Shown: one piece after another, positions 18,396 through 29,251 of the stretch
Layout: each line of letters opens with the position of its first letter
Position numbering within the stretch: the stretch's first letter is position 1
Sequence record: NC_048195.1
Origin: Escherichia phage vB_EcoM_WFC
Reading direction: 5' to 3' (one strand)
DNA: 64,000 bases
Translations under genes and position numbers: made by a program
The notes under the pieces: generated by a model
Databases searched by the model: none
What the model saw: only the letters and a program-made list of their open reading frames with translations
Told to the model about the DNA's origin: nothing

Positions 18396-19535
18396 ATGAC
18401 TCGCATTAGCCAAACACACTCTCGCCTCCCAGCGAGCAAGGTGCGCCCTTTTGATATGCAATCCGTTACTGACGCGGCTGTTTCCCAGCTTGCTCGTATC
18501 GGTATTGTGTTTGATTCCGCGATTGTGCGTGATCAGATTGAGCACTTAAACCGTGCAGGCGCTTTCCGCGTAGGTGACGCCGCGTTTACTGCGCCGCAGA
18601 CTACTCCGTCAATCCCGACCCCGTTGCAGTTCCTGCAGCAGTGGTTGCCTGGCTTCGTCAAAATCATGACCGCTGCTCGTAAAATCGACGAGCTGGTTGG
18701 TATTGATACCGTTGGTCAGTGGGAAGATGCAGAAATCGTTCAGGGCATCGTTGAACCAGCTGGCACCGCAGTTGAATATGGTGATTTCACCTCTATTCCT
18801 CTGGCAAGCTGGAACGTAAACTTTGAACGTCGTTCTATCGTTCGTGGCGAAATGGGCATGGCAGTTGGTATGCTGGAAGAAGGCCGCGCATCCGCTATGC
18901 GTCTGAACTCCGCAGAAACCAAGCGCCAGCAGGCTGCTGTATCTCTGGAAATCATGCGTAACGCAATCGGCTTCTATGGTTGGTACAACGGGAACAACCG
19001 CACATTCGGCTTCCTGAATGATCCAAACCTGCCAGCAGCGATGACTTCCAACACCACTTCCGGCTGGGCTACTGCGACTTTCCAACAGGTAACTGCAGAC
19101 ATCCGTTTGATGGTTCGTCAAATTCGTGTGAACTCTCAGGACCAGATTGATCCAGAGAAAGTTGACATGACTCTGGCGCTGCCGACTAACTCTATCGATT
19201 GGCTGTCCAACACCACTGACTTCGGTATTTCTGTACGTGACTGGATCACCCAGACTTATCCGAAGATGAAGATCAAATCTGCACCGGAACTCAACGGCGC
19301 ACTTGGCAGTGACCCGACTTTCTTGAACGTGGCATACCTGTACGCCGATCACATCGATTCCTCAATCGATGGTTCAAGCGATGATGGTTCCGTATTCAGT
19401 CAGCTGGTTCAAACCAAGTTCATGACTCTGGGCGTTGAAAAGCGTGCTAAGAGCTACGTTGAAGACTACGCAAACGCAACAGCAGGCGTTCTGCTCAAGC
19501 GTCCGTTCGCAGTCGTCCGTATGACTGGTATTTAA
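18396..19535 (+). CDS. Major capsid protein (putative)
   Basis: 379 aa; canonical position after scaffold; followed by strong hairpin. Confidence 0.6.
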   Translation: MTRISQTHSRLPASKVRPFDMQSVTDAAVSQLARIGIVFDSAIVRDQIEHLNRAGAFRVGDAAFTAPQTTPSIPTPLQFLQQWLPGFVKIMTAARKIDELVGIDTVGQWEDAEIVQGIVEPAGTAVEYGDFTSIPLASWNVNFERRSIVRGEMGMAVGMLEEGRASAMRLNSAETKRQQAAVSLEIMRNAIGFYGWYNGNNRTFGFLNDPNLPAAMTSNTTSGWATATFQQVTADIRLMVRQIRVNSQDQIDPEKVDMTLALPTNSIDWLSNTTDFGISVRDWITQTYPKMKIKSAPELNGALGSDPTFLNVAYLYADHIDSSIDGSSDDGSVFSQLVQTKFMTLGVEKRAKSYVEDYANATAGVLLKRPFAVVRMTGI

Positions 19536-19560
19536 TTGCTGTGATTACACAGTAAAACAC

Positions 19561-19590
19561 ATGGGGCGTGGTCGAAAGGCTTCGCCCCAT
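19561..19590 (+). terminator. Stem-loop after capsid gene (attenuator/terminator candidate)
   Basis: 8-bp stem ATGGGGCG/CGCCCCAT; no clear T-tract. Confidence 0.35.
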
Positions 19591-19650
19591 ATCAATAGAC
19601 CTCAAGGGCTGTAGGGGCTTATCTGAGGCTTATATAAATAGGACTACAAA

Positions 19651-20115
19651 ATGTCAAAATACATCGTTTCAACTATGTCTATGTCAGTTAACTACACTTT
19701 CTATACGGAAGTGAAAGAAAACCCGAATGCAAAAGCTGGTTCAGGCGCTCTTCCAAATATTCGCAAACAGATTCTAATCAAGGGCGGCGCTGGTCTTACT
19801 TCAGCAACTTCCGGCTTTGGTGAAATGGCAAAAGGCGCTGACGGTGCACCTTTGTGGACTCCTGAAGGAATCGTCACCGTTGTAAGCGATGCAGATTTTG
19901 AGCATCTGAAAGATCATCACGTGTTTAAGCAGCATCTTGAAAAAGGTTTGGTGAAAGTCGTAAATCACGACATTGTTGGCAACCACAAAGCCGTCGCTAA
20001 AGAAGTTCGCGGCATGTCAGACGACCCGTTTGCGCCTATGACGCGTGAAACTGCTGACAAGCGCATCAAGGTAAAATTGAGCGGCGACCAAGACGATGAT
20101 TTATTCCGCGTTTAA
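19651..20115 (+). CDS. Hypothetical structural protein (154 aa)
   Basis: ORF in head-tail joining region. Confidence 0.45.
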   Translation: MSKYIVSTMSMSVNYTFYTEVKENPNAKAGSGALPNIRKQILIKGGAGLTSATSGFGEMAKGADGAPLWTPEGIVTVVSDADFEHLKDHHVFKQHLEKGLVKVVNHDIVGNHKAVAKEVRGMSDDPFAPMTRETADKRIKVKLSGDQDDDLFRV

Positions 20116-20129
20116 ATAAGGTGAATGCC

Positions 20130-20585
20130 ATGTCATTAGATTACGAAAAGTTCAGAATTAAATTTCCACAGTTTGCTGATCAGGTTAAATTTCCTGACAC
20201 AACACTTCAAGTATTCTATGACATGGCATGTGAATTTATTGAATCACAAGACAGTCCTTGTCGTGTTTTAAATGGCAGTAAATTGGAGCTGGCATTGGAA
20301 TATATGACGGCTCATCTTTTATGCATAGCCGCAGACCAGCAAGTGTCTGTGTCTTCTGGTGACGGAGTTGAACAAGGCGGCTTCGTGACTGGCGCAACAA
20401 TTGGTGACATCACAGTGAACAAAGTTGCGCCGCCTGCGAGTGATGGCTGGGAATACTGGCTGTCAAGCACTCCTTATGGCATGGCGTTGTGGGCGCTTCT
20501 TCAAGCACTGGCCGTTGGCGGCTTGTCATTCGGTGGGCTTCCAGAGCGCGAAGGATTTCGTAAAATTGGTGGGGTATTCTGGTGA
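20130..20585 (+). CDS. Head-tail connector/adaptor protein (putative)
   Basis: ATG 20130 after AAGGTGA RBS (track begins at GTG 20121); position-based call. Confidence 0.45.
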   Translation: MSLDYEKFRIKFPQFADQVKFPDTTLQVFYDMACEFIESQDSPCRVLNGSKLELALEYMTAHLLCIAADQQVSVSSGDGVEQGGFVTGATIGDITVNKVAPPASDGWEYWLSSTPYGMALWALLQALAVGGLSFGGLPEREGFRKIGGVFW

Positions 20586-20968
20586 GGATTCCTGGCGTAA
20601 ACTTATATCGAGTTGCGACAAAGGTCATCGGTCGCCAACCGATTCAATATTACATGTACAAGGGGCGCACCCTTGATAAGATGCGCAACTATGTAACTAC
20701 ATATGAAGAACCAATCACCTTACTTGCTTCGGTGCAGGCTGTACTTCGAAACCAATACGTTGAGCTTGGTTTAGAGCTTCAAAAGAACTATGTCAAAATC
20801 TGGGTGGACAAAGACATTGTTGACCTTGACCGCGACGCTTCCGGCGACTATTTTGTGTTTGGTGGCAAAACGTACAAGATGGAAGATGAAACGACATGGT
20901 TTGACCAAGATGGTTGGACGTCTTGCCTTGCCGTGGAAGTAAAACAAAGCTTTCCAGTGTCTACTTGA
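20582..20968 (+). CDS. Head-tail joining protein (putative)
   Basis: GTG start overlapping upstream stop. Confidence 0.4.
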   Translation: MRIPGVNLYRVATKVIGRQPIQYYMYKGRTLDKMRNYVTTYEEPITLLASVQAVLRNQYVELGLELQKNYVKIWVDKDIVDLDRDASGDYFVFGGKTYKMEDETTWFDQDGWTSCLAVEVKQSFPVST

Positions 20969-20969
20969 G

Positions 20970-21551
20970 GTGTATATGACAGATGTCGACCTGATTGACA
21001 TGCTGGCAACGCGAATTGAAGAAGGTCTGGCGGCGTATAGTCGTGCAGACCTTTCTGCTGTTCCGGTCCAGAAAAAATACCAACCGACTCAACAGGGCAT
21101 TCCGACTGGTGATCAGATTTGGTTTAACCTTTTATTCTCAGTCCCATTCGGTTGGTCAATGAGAAAGAATGAATTTGTCAATGATGAATCTCAATTCGTT
21201 AATGGCAAATTTAAAGATATTGAAGATCAGATATACGCAACACGTTTTCAAATTAGCGGCTTATTTCCAGAAGTTCCTGGCAATCCAGAAAAGCCTACGG
21301 CTAATGACGTTTTGACTTATTTAGCAAGATTCATAACCCACAAGGCTAATTTGAGGGATTGGTTTAAAAGGCATCAAGCTTCAGTATATAGAGTCGACAT
21401 GAACAACAATGAAAAGTTCTATGACGACATGTCTCAGTTTGAATCGTTTCCTTCTTTTGATTTGGTAATCCTTCACAGAAACGCAATTTCAATTTACACG
21501 CCTGCTGTTGCAAGAGCTGTTAATAACGATTTAGGCGATATTCCGGTGTGA
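20970..21551 (+). CDS. Hypothetical structural protein (193 aa)
   Basis: ORF in head-tail module. Confidence 0.45.
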   Translation: MYMTDVDLIDMLATRIEEGLAAYSRADLSAVPVQKKYQPTQQGIPTGDQIWFNLLFSVPFGWSMRKNEFVNDESQFVNGKFKDIEDQIYATRFQISGLFPEVPGNPEKPTANDVLTYLARFITHKANLRDWFKRHQASVYRVDMNNNEKFYDDMSQFESFPSFDLVILHRNAISIYTPAVARAVNNDLGDIPV

Positions 21552-21552
21552 T

Positions 21553-22038
21553 ATGACAAAATCAAAAATGATAGAAAAACAGATAAAGGCGCTTCAATCG
21601 ATGAAGGGTCTTACTGTTGAAGCAGGATGGTTTGATTCTACCAGATACCCTTCAGAAACTGGTGGGGAAGGCATGTTGGTGTCAGAAGTCGCGCGGCTTA
21701 ATGAATTTGGTCACATAGCCGTTTTGAACTTTGGGCAAGGGCCAGTCAGGGTAGAAGTGCCACCCAGACCATTCATGAGATATGCCTATGAATTATTCGT
21801 TAGTGAGCGCAGTGAAATAGAGAATAAAATTGCTAAAAAGATTTTTTCCGGTAAAATAGACGCTAGACAGGCATTAGGTCAGATTGGGCTTGCGATGGAA
21901 GCAAAGATTGTCGAATCAATTAAAAACGGACCTTGGCAAAGAAACGCCAGATATACCGTGCGTGTGAAAGGATTCGACAAACCTTTAATTCACAGCAGCC
22001 TTATGTGGCAATCTGTCAACAGCCAAGTCATTAAATAA
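21553..22038 (+). CDS. Tail completion/neck protein (HK97 gp10-like, putative)
   Basis: 161 aa; immediately upstream of sheath-like gene. Confidence 0.4.
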   Translation: MTKSKMIEKQIKALQSMKGLTVEAGWFDSTRYPSETGGEGMLVSEVARLNEFGHIAVLNFGQGPVRVEVPPRPFMRYAYELFVSERSEIENKIAKKIFSGKIDARQALGQIGLAMEAKIVESIKNGPWQRNARYTVRVKGFDKPLIHSSLMWQSVNSQVIK

Positions 22039-22050
22039 GAGGACACCGAC

Positions 22051-23589
22051 GTGATCAGTCAATCTCGTTATATTAAAATTGTATCAGGGGTCGGAGCAGG
22101 CGCGGCTGTTGCAGTTCGCAAACTGTCGCTTCGCATCATGACTTCCAATACAGTTCTGCCGCCAGGCATTGTAGCAGAATTTTCAACTGCTGATGCCGTT
22201 GGATCATATTTCGGTTTTTCTTCCGAAGAATACAAGCGTGCAGCACTGTATTTCGGATTCATCAGCAAGCAAATCAACTCGCCTGATTCAATCAGCTTTT
22301 CTCGCGTTGTATCCACGGCGATTCCTGCAATGGTTATCGGCGACACTGAGCCTAAAACGCTTGCTACTTTCCAGGCATTCACTGGCGCTATCTTAAGCAT
22401 CACTTATGACGGCACAGACTACCTGACTGACGCCATCAACCTTTCAGCGGCAACAAGTCTTGCCAACGTAGCGGAACTTTTGGAAACGGCAATCAACACC
22501 AAGTTTGCAGCAGAAGGTGGCACGTCGGTGCCTGCACTTGCTGATGCGGAAGTGTATTGGAATGCCAACACCCAGCAGTTCACTTTGGAAGCCGCTCCGT
22601 CGACCGCTGGTGCTGGAAACCTTTCGATTAACGTCACAGGTCAACCGACAGACCCATCTCAGGCGCTTGGTTGGACGACTACTGGCACCGTTACGGTTGC
22701 TGGACAGGGTGTAGCAAGTCCGGTAGAAGCCATCGCGGCATCTGTGGAGATTTCCAACAACTTTGGCTCATTCCTTTTCGCTGGAGCAGACCGAACGCTG
22801 GAAGAAATCACAGCCGTTGCAGCTTGGACTCACTCGCAGAACAACATGTACATGTATCTGTTCTCGACTGCATTCGCCAACATCGGCTCATACTATACCG
22901 CGTTGAAAGGTTACTCAGGCGTTGGTATGATGATCCGTGCAACTAACCTCGCGAATGATTACATCGACCAGGCACCTGCTGAAATTCTTGCGGCGACAAA
23001 CTATAACACTGTAAATGCAACTCAAAACTATATGTATTATCAGTTTGAAACGCGAAATGTAACCGTATCGACTGATTCACGCGCAGATACTGCTGATCAA
23101 AACCGTGCAAACTATATCGGTGCGACTCAGCAAGCTGGTCAAACTCTCGCGTTCTTCCAGCGTGGTGTTCTGATGGGCGGGTCTACCGCAGCAGTTGACA
23201 TGAACACTTATGCCAACGAGATGTGGCTTAAATCTGCTATCACTTCTCAGCTGTTCAGCATGTTCTTGAATCTTGGTCGCGTGCCTGCAAACGAAGAAGG
23301 CAAAGCGACTGTCCAAGCCATGATTCAAGTTGCTGTTGACAATGCGAAGGTTAACGGCACCATCTCTGTCGGTAAGGCGCTGACGGAAATTCAGAAACAG
23401 TACATCACGCAAACCTCCGGTGACAACACTGCTTGGCGCCAGGTTGAGACTATCGGTTATTGGTTGACTGTCGATTTTGACACTGAAACCACTTCCGATA
23501 ACCGCACCGAATACTATGCAACATACACGCTAATCTACTCTAAAGATGATGCTGTGCGTCGCGTTGAAGGTCGTGACGTTCTTATTTAA
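22051..23589 (+). CDS. Tail sheath-like structural protein (putative)
   Basis: 512 aa; position upstream of tube paralogs; GTG start after AAGAGGA RBS. Confidence 0.5.
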   Translation: MISQSRYIKIVSGVGAGAAVAVRKLSLRIMTSNTVLPPGIVAEFSTADAVGSYFGFSSEEYKRAALYFGFISKQINSPDSISFSRVVSTAIPAMVIGDTEPKTLATFQAFTGAILSITYDGTDYLTDAINLSAATSLANVAELLETAINTKFAAEGGTSVPALADAEVYWNANTQQFTLEAAPSTAGAGNLSINVTGQPTDPSQALGWTTTGTVTVAGQGVASPVEAIAASVEISNNFGSFLFAGADRTLEEITAVAAWTHSQNNMYMYLFSTAFANIGSYYTALKGYSGVGMMIRATNLANDYIDQAPAEILAATNYNTVNATQNYMYYQFETRNVTVSTDSRADTADQNRANYIGATQQAGQTLAFFQRGVLMGGSTAAVDMNTYANEMWLKSAITSQLFSMFLNLGRVPANEEGKATVQAMIQVAVDNAKVNGTISVGKALTEIQKQYITQTSGDNTAWRQVETIGYWLTVDFDTETTSDNRTEYYATYTLIYSKDDAVRRVEGRDVLI

Positions 23590-23636
23590 ATAATTGCCGC
23601 CGTAAATGGCGGCCATCTCTCTGAGAGGAATCTGTA

Positions 23637-24104
23637 ATGATTAACGTTTCCGGTTTTGGCGCTTCGATTCGTTTGGTAGCATCAAACACTTTTCCGAATG
23701 GTGTGACTCTTTCTGATTTTGCAGATGATGCTGATCCGATTGACGCGCCGGACCTGCAAATTTCTGAGGCTGCAATGGGCCTTAACGGTGACTTAGTAGT
23801 ATGGAACCGTGCAAACCCGCTTGAAGTAGGTGTGAACATCATCCCTACTTCTGAAAGTGATGTCAACTTGGACGTTCTTGCAGCTGCAAACCGCGTAGGC
23901 AAGCGTAAGAACTCTGCAAAAGACGTGATCACACTTGTGCTGACTTATCCTTCTGGAATGGTTATCACGCTAAACAAAGGCACCTTGACAACTGGTTCAG
24001 TAATTCCTGGCATCCAGTCTCAAGGTCGTGTGAAAACACGTCAATATCGCTTCAAGTTTGAGAACGTAGTCAAAACTGGCGTGAGCAACCAAGAGATTTT
24101 ATAA
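23637..24104 (+). CDS. Tail tube protein (paralog 1)
   Basis: 155 aa; N-terminus MINVSGFGASIRLVA... paralogous to 25055-25552. Confidence 0.5.
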   Translation: MINVSGFGASIRLVASNTFPNGVTLSDFADDADPIDAPDLQISEAAMGLNGDLVVWNRANPLEVGVNIIPTSESDVNLDVLAAANRVGKRKNSAKDVITLVLTYPSGMVITLNKGTLTTGSVIPGIQSQGRVKTRQYRFKFENVVKTGVSNQEIL

Positions 24105-24433
24105 TGTATCAAATACCACTTGACAGCGTACCTAACCAGAATATCAGCTTTAACGTTGACGGTGCATATTGGCAGTTGCACATTTTTGCCGCTATCGAGC
24201 ACATGTGCGCCGACGTATACCGCAACGGTGAACTTTTGATTCAAGGGGTGCGCTGTTTTGGTGGTATCCCAATGGTGCCTTATAAGTATCTCATGATTGG
24301 GTACGGTAATTTCATTTTCGACAGCGTACCTGATTATGAAAGTTTTAACTCTGGCGGCTGTAATCTATATTACATGTCAGAATCTGAGTTGGCTGAATTC
24401 CAGGCCACTGCTGAAGCGGAGTTTGCAATTTGA
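24104..24433 (+). CDS. Hypothetical tail-associated protein
   Basis: ORF overlapping stop/start with neighbours. Confidence 0.4.
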   Translation: MYQIPLDSVPNQNISFNVDGAYWQLHIFAAIEHMCADVYRNGELLIQGVRCFGGIPMVPYKYLMIGYGNFIFDSVPDYESFNSGGCNLYYMSESELAEFQATAEAEFAI

Positions 24434-24786
24434 CAACTCTAACCATTGAAGTGAACGAAAATAATGACCTTTTTCTACCTGATGGAAGAAACTTAAATAT
24501 TCTTTCAGGAGAAAAAGCGATGGTGCAAGTAATCAAGGCCGCGCACCAGATGCGACTTGGCGAGGACTTGTACGATATAGAAAACGGTGTCGATTATTTG
24601 GGGACCGTTTTCAAGTCGCCCGTTGACGAAGACGGTGCGCGAAAGTCGATTGCAGATGCTATTCTGAAGAAAGCAGACGTTGCCGGAATCGACTCATTGA
24701 CTGTCACCATCCAAAACGGTATCCTTGGATTCACTGCAGAAGTGGTGACTATTTATGGCGAACGTATAAAGGTGAGTAATCAATAA
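24430..24786 (+). CDS. Hypothetical tail-associated protein
   Basis: ORF, 4-nt overlap with upstream gene. Confidence 0.4.
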   Translation: MTTLTIEVNENNDLFLPDGRNLNILSGEKAMVQVIKAAHQMRLGEDLYDIENGVDYLGTVFKSPVDEDGARKSIADAILKKADVAGIDSLTVTIQNGILGFTAEVVTIYGERIKVSNQ

Positions 24787-25052
24787 TGGCACAAGTAATT
24801 CATTTTGCAAATGGCGTCATGAAATTTGGCGAAAAATTTGAAGACGCATCAGAGCTGTTTAATAAGAAGGTTGAGCCTGTTGCAGAAATCAAAGAGCAGG
24901 TCGAAGAAAAATCCGTTGAACAAAAACTAGATTTTGATTCCATGAGCGTTTCAGAATTGAAGTCTTATGCTAAAGAAAATGGCATTGACATCAAGGGTCT
25001 TTCTTATAAGGATGAAATTCTTGCTGCAGTTAAATCTGCATCTGCGGAGTAA
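24786..25052 (+). CDS. Hypothetical protein (88 aa)
   Basis: ORF between tube paralogs. Confidence 0.4.
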   Translation: MAQVIHFANGVMKFGEKFEDASELFNKKVEPVAEIKEQVEEKSVEQKLDFDSMSVSELKSYAKENGIDIKGLSYKDEILAAVKSASAE

Positions 25053-25054
25053 AC

Positions 25055-25552
25055 ATGGTCAATATTAGTGGATTTGGCACAAGCATTAGAATTGTCGCTC
25101 TTCAATCTTTTCCTGTTGGGCTGAATATCAGTTCTTTGTCTGATGACCAGGATTCGCTAATTATTGAGGAAGTTGAATCAGTAGGTTATCAACTTACTTA
25201 CGACGGCGGCATTTGCATATACGACAAAGCCGCCGTCGTTCGCGTATCCATTGCGGTCATTCCAAACACTGAAGACGACATAAATCTTAAGCTTTTATTA
25301 TCTGCCCGTAAAGGTGGATTCAAGTGGTTGCCAATTCAGGATGTGACATCGATGCTCATTACATATCCTGACGGTGGAAGGGTGGCATTCTCTAACGGAA
25401 CGATAATCAGCGGTCCGCTTGGCGACTCCATAGAGCAATCAGGCCGTCGCAAGACAAACCGATACACATTTGTGTTTGCCAGCTACGGTGGCGCACAGAG
25501 CACGTCTCAAATTGCCAAGGGCGTGGTGCAGAGCATATTGGGGTCCATTTAA
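25055..25552 (+). CDS. Tail tube protein (paralog 2)
   Basis: 165 aa; MVNISGFGTSIRIVA... clearly related to 23637-24104. Confidence 0.5.
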   Translation: MVNISGFGTSIRIVALQSFPVGLNISSLSDDQDSLIIEEVESVGYQLTYDGGICIYDKAAVVRVSIAVIPNTEDDINLKLLLSARKGGFKWLPIQDVTSMLITYPDGGRVAFSNGTIISGPLGDSIEQSGRRKTNRYTFVFASYGGAQSTSQIAKGVVQSILGSI

Positions 25553-26085
25553 TGGCTATCGATTTACTGTCATATAGTCTATCAAACAGAAGCTTCACGA
25601 TAAAGAGCTTCAACCTTGGAGAAGTATCCACGCTTGGATGGGCCATAGTCAACGTCAAAATAAGACTCCAAGCGAAGATATTCAAAAACCAAAGGGAAGA
25701 CGGCAGCTATATTGTCGATGGCAGAGTAAAGATGCCGCGAATACTCACTGTCACCGTGATAGCTCAGACGAAAAGCGCATCAGATGCAATAGCTAAGATG
25801 TTGCAAAACAGGTCGACTATATACACAATTAATTCCCGTGGTCTAATATTCGAACGTATGGTGCTGCAAAATAACAACTTCAGCCAGGACGCTGACAATA
25901 TAACGTCTCAGCCCATACAATTGGTCTTCCATGAGATATTAACACAGCAGGATGTGTCTATTCAAACAGCGCAGGCAGGCGACTCAACAGTAATAGAGCG
26001 CGGCATTGCATACATAAAAGAAACTTCTGCCAGCGTCACTGGCGTCGCTACAAAGGTGATGAATGGTATCAAGGGGATGTTCTGA
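25552..26085 (+). CDS. Hypothetical tail protein
   Basis: ORF in tail module. Confidence 0.4.
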   Translation: MAIDLLSYSLSNRSFTIKSFNLGEVSTLGWAIVNVKIRLQAKIFKNQREDGSYIVDGRVKMPRILTVTVIAQTKSASDAIAKMLQNRSTIYTINSRGLIFERMVLQNNNFSQDADNITSQPIQLVFHEILTQQDVSIQTAQAGDSTVIERGIAYIKETSASVTGVATKVMNGIKGMF

Positions 26086-26645
26086 TGGACTTCGTTTCGA
26101 TTCTGCTTTCTGGTCAATCTTTGGCCATAACGAATGAGTCAACAGGTCTTCCTGTCTGGACAAGGCTTTCACCTGTTTCTGCAGAAATAACATCCCCAGC
26201 AGAAACAACTCAATTCCCTCTTGCTGGTACAGCCATGCAGGTTGTCGAAGTATCAAGCACGTCATCAGTAAGCAATTTACAGGCGGCAAAGGTTGTAATG
26301 CCAGCCCATATGGCGTTAAACGTAATTTGCAATGACCAGTCTACAATTGAAAATATCATAAATTCATTTGATGATGACGAAGTCACATTTTCAATAACTT
26401 CTCGAAGCATCATTGCCAGTAAAATGTCGATGTCCGACGTTGAAATAACCCAGTCAGAAGAAAACTTGAATGGAGTCTCAATAGTAATAACTTTCGAGCA
26501 AACGTCATTTAGCATTCAAGGAAGCTTCGACCCTAAACAATCTGCAGACGAATCATCAAATGGTGTTGCCATTAAAGAACCAGTCAGTTTGACTACAACT
26601 GTGAGTTCGTTATATAATAAAATAAAATCAACAGTAGGAATATAA
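26085..26645 (+). CDS. Hypothetical tail protein
   Basis: ORF in tail module. Confidence 0.4.
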   Translation: MDFVSILLSGQSLAITNESTGLPVWTRLSPVSAEITSPAETTQFPLAGTAMQVVEVSSTSSVSNLQAAKVVMPAHMALNVICNDQSTIENIINSFDDDEVTFSITSRSIIASKMSMSDVEITQSEENLNGVSIVITFEQTSFSIQGSFDPKQSADESSNGVAIKEPVSLTTTVSSLYNKIKSTVGI

Positions 26646-26646
26646 A

Positions 26647-27063
26647 ATGAAGATCACCAACAAACAAACTGGTCGTACAGTAGAAATTAAAATCAGCAAA
26701 ATGACTGCGATGGAAGGCTGGAATATTCAGCGTCGATTCGTAGAATTTGCAATGTCGAAAGACCCTGCTTTTCGTTCAGAGTATACGATGGAAGTGTTGA
26801 GCTTTGCAAAAGTCGAGCTTGACGTGGGACAAGAAATCCCATTAAGCACTGGTGCACTAATTGACAACCATCTTGGTGACTGGGAAAACCTTAAAGAAGT
26901 ATTTGAAGCAGTTCTCATGGAGAACGGTATAAACCCAGACACCCACGCCGAGCGTGAAGGCTACTGGGAACAAGCTGGCGGCGAAATGGCTGCAGCATTC
27001 ATCGGCGAATCGATGCGATTAATCGCGCCATTCCTCAGCGGCGAGACTCCAAACAAGGGGTAA
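26647..27063 (+). CDS. Tail assembly chaperone (putative)
   Basis: 138 aa immediately upstream of tape measure gene. Confidence 0.4.
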   Translation: MKITNKQTGRTVEIKISKMTAMEGWNIQRRFVEFAMSKDPAFRSEYTMEVLSFAKVELDVGQEIPLSTGALIDNHLGDWENLKEVFEAVLMENGINPDTHAEREGYWEQAGGEMAAAFIGESMRLIAPFLSGETPNKG

Positions 27064-27066
27064 ACT

Positions 27067-29247
27067 GTGTCTGACTCATTAGAAAAATTTGTGCTTCAAT
27101 ATACGGTGGACTTGAAAGAGTCCATCAATCGTCTTGAGCAATTGCAAGATAAGGTTGATCAGACAAACAAAAAGGCAAAATCCGCTGGCAAAGATTTCTC
27201 TGGAGCATTCAAAGATGTTTTTGGCGAGCTAAAGCCGCTTACTGGTGAGCTAGGGTCAATTGACGGAATACTTGCGCGACTGACATATCGTTTTGCCGCG
27301 CTCGTTCCTGTTGTCGCAGGATTGGCCGTCGTCGTCAAATCCATCGTTGATGTTCGAAAAGAATACGAAGCGCAAAGAAAGCTTGGTTTTGAAGCCGGAC
27401 TCTCTCCAATGGGTGTCGAGCAACTACAACGACAGTTGAATGAAAGTTCAGGCGGCATCCTTGGCGCACAGGGGTCGCGAGATTTAATCAGCAAAGCTTC
27501 TAATCTGGCATTCAATGCATACACCAACCCCGATGTGATGAACAAGGACAACTTGTTGTTGAACAAGATGGGGACAAGTCCTTTCAACAGTAACGGCGGC
27601 ATCAAAGACACGAATCAGCTGCTTGATGAAATTGGAACAAAGCTGAGAAGTGTTAATGAGCAAACCGCTCGTGCCATTGGTGCTCTGGCAGGTTTTACCG
27701 CCGATGAAGTCCGCGCCCTTCGCGAGCGCAACCAGTCTGTGAAAGAAAGCACACGCATAAGCGATGAGGAAACGGCAAAGCTGCAGCGCCAACAAGCTGC
27801 TCTTGAGACTATACGAAATAGTATGGGGCAAATTCAAGAAGATTGGCGACGTATTGAATTGGTCATCGGTGAAAACGTTATGCCTGCATTCTCGACGCTT
27901 GTCAGCAAAACCGCCGATACAGTCGAAGGATTCCAGATGATGTTCCAAAGAATGTCTGACGGATGGAGCGAATTTGTCGACAATTTCATTGCTGACTTGA
28001 AACACCCGTTTGATAAACAGGCGGCTGTTAACGAGCGTCACGAGCGTGCCGTTGATAGATGGATCACGCAGATGGCCGAAGGCGATGTGAAACGCCAGAG
28101 GAACCAGGAGCAAAACGCAGCTGAACAACGTTCTGCGCAAGCACTTTTCACTCGCGATATAAACCTGTTTTCAAGCGCCGTTTCAACATTTGCTGGCGTC
28201 ATTGATGAGCGACAAGCATGGGCTGCATGGGCTGGTGAAATAGGACGAAGCGCAGGTCAATCTGCCATGCCTGGAACACCAGCACTAAGTACTGGCGCGA
28301 CCGTAGGCAACAACTTGGGATCAGGCAATCCGACCGCTTACGACTCAATATATGAGGAAGCATCCAAGCGTTATGGAATCCCTGTTGCGATGATGAAGGC
28401 CGTAACAGAAGTCGAATCTGGATTCAACCCCAATGCCGTAAGCGGAGCAGGTGCGACCGGACTGATGCAAATCATGCCTTCCAACTTCAAGGGTCTTGGT
28501 ATCACAGACGGCAACGACCCTAGACAAAACATTATGGGCGGTGCTCAACTGTTGAAAGAGTATTTAAACGCTGCCAACGGCGATTGGAATCTTGCGCTGA
28601 CGATGTATCACGGCGGCTACGACCGCAGCGGCTGGGGCAAGAATACACGCGCTTATCCTGGAAAGGTCATGGCCGCTCTCGACCGACAATCCAATGGTGA
28701 GTATGCCACGGCAGCGCCGCAAGGTGCACCAGTTGCTCCAGTACTTAGCGGTAGCGGAGCGGAAGCACCAAAGGGCAGCTATGCACCAGTACAAGGCCAA
28801 TCGCGCCAAACGGTGCAATACAGGCAATTGCAAGAAGCCATTGCAGGATACCTGAACGTACCAGTTGAGCAGTTGATGCAGGGACAAGTAAACAAAGGTG
28901 ATATTGACTTTGCTCAAACTTACCTTAAGCTTGGAACGCAAAGGGATTATATTAAAAATATGCAGCTGGCTTCAACTCCAGGTGTAAGACCGAACATTCA
29001 AGCCGAAGCGATGAAAAACGCTCGTCTTGCTGCATTCCAACTTGAAGCATTCCAGAAATATGGCGGCGACCTTTCCGCGAATAGTCGACCTGGTGGGCGT
29101 GATATTACTATGGGTCAGAAAAACGTTGTCATCAACGTCAACGGCGCTCAAGACCCACGCAGCACGGCGTTCGAAACGAAACGGGTGCTTGAACAAGATG
29201 ATATCAACGACATAAACAACCTTACTGCTACACCTTTGAAGTGGTGA
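27067..29247 (+). CDS. Tail tape measure protein with lytic transglycosylase (SLT) domain
   Basis: 726 aa; coiled-coil N-terminus; SLT motifs TEVESGFNPNAVS...GLMQIMPSNF...MYHGG. Confidence 0.75.
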   Translation: MSDSLEKFVLQYTVDLKESINRLEQLQDKVDQTNKKAKSAGKDFSGAFKDVFGELKPLTGELGSIDGILARLTYRFAALVPVVAGLAVVVKSIVDVRKEYEAQRKLGFEAGLSPMGVEQLQRQLNESSGGILGAQGSRDLISKASNLAFNAYTNPDVMNKDNLLLNKMGTSPFNSNGGIKDTNQLLDEIGTKLRSVNEQTARAIGALAGFTADEVRALRERNQSVKESTRISDEETAKLQRQQAALETIRNSMGQIQEDWRRIELVIGENVMPAFSTLVSKTADTVEGFQMMFQRMSDGWSEFVDNFIADLKHPFDKQAAVNERHERAVDRWITQMAEGDVKRQRNQEQNAAEQRSAQALFTRDINLFSSAVSTFAGVIDERQAWAAWAGEIGRSAGQSAMPGTPALSTGATVGNNLGSGNPTAYDSIYEEASKRYGIPVAMMKAVTEVESGFNPNAVSGAGATGLMQIMPSNFKGLGITDGNDPRQNIMGGAQLLKEYLNAANGDWNLALTMYHGGYDRSGWGKNTRAYPGKVMAALDRQSNGEYATAAPQGAPVAPVLSGSGAEAPKGSYAPVQGQSRQTVQYRQLQEAIAGYLNVPVEQLMQGQVNKGDIDFAQTYLKLGTQRDYIKNMQLASTPGVRPNIQAEAMKNARLAAFQLEAFQKYGGDLSANSRPGGRDITMGQKNVVINVNGAQDPRSTAFETKRVLEQDDINDINNLTATPLKW

Positions 29248-29251
29248 TAAT

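Noticed and set aside
18609-19352. 247-aa minus-strand ORF
   Set aside because: Antisense shadow ORF inside the major capsid gene.
27484-28140. 218-aa minus-strand ORF
   Set aside because: Antisense to the tape measure gene.
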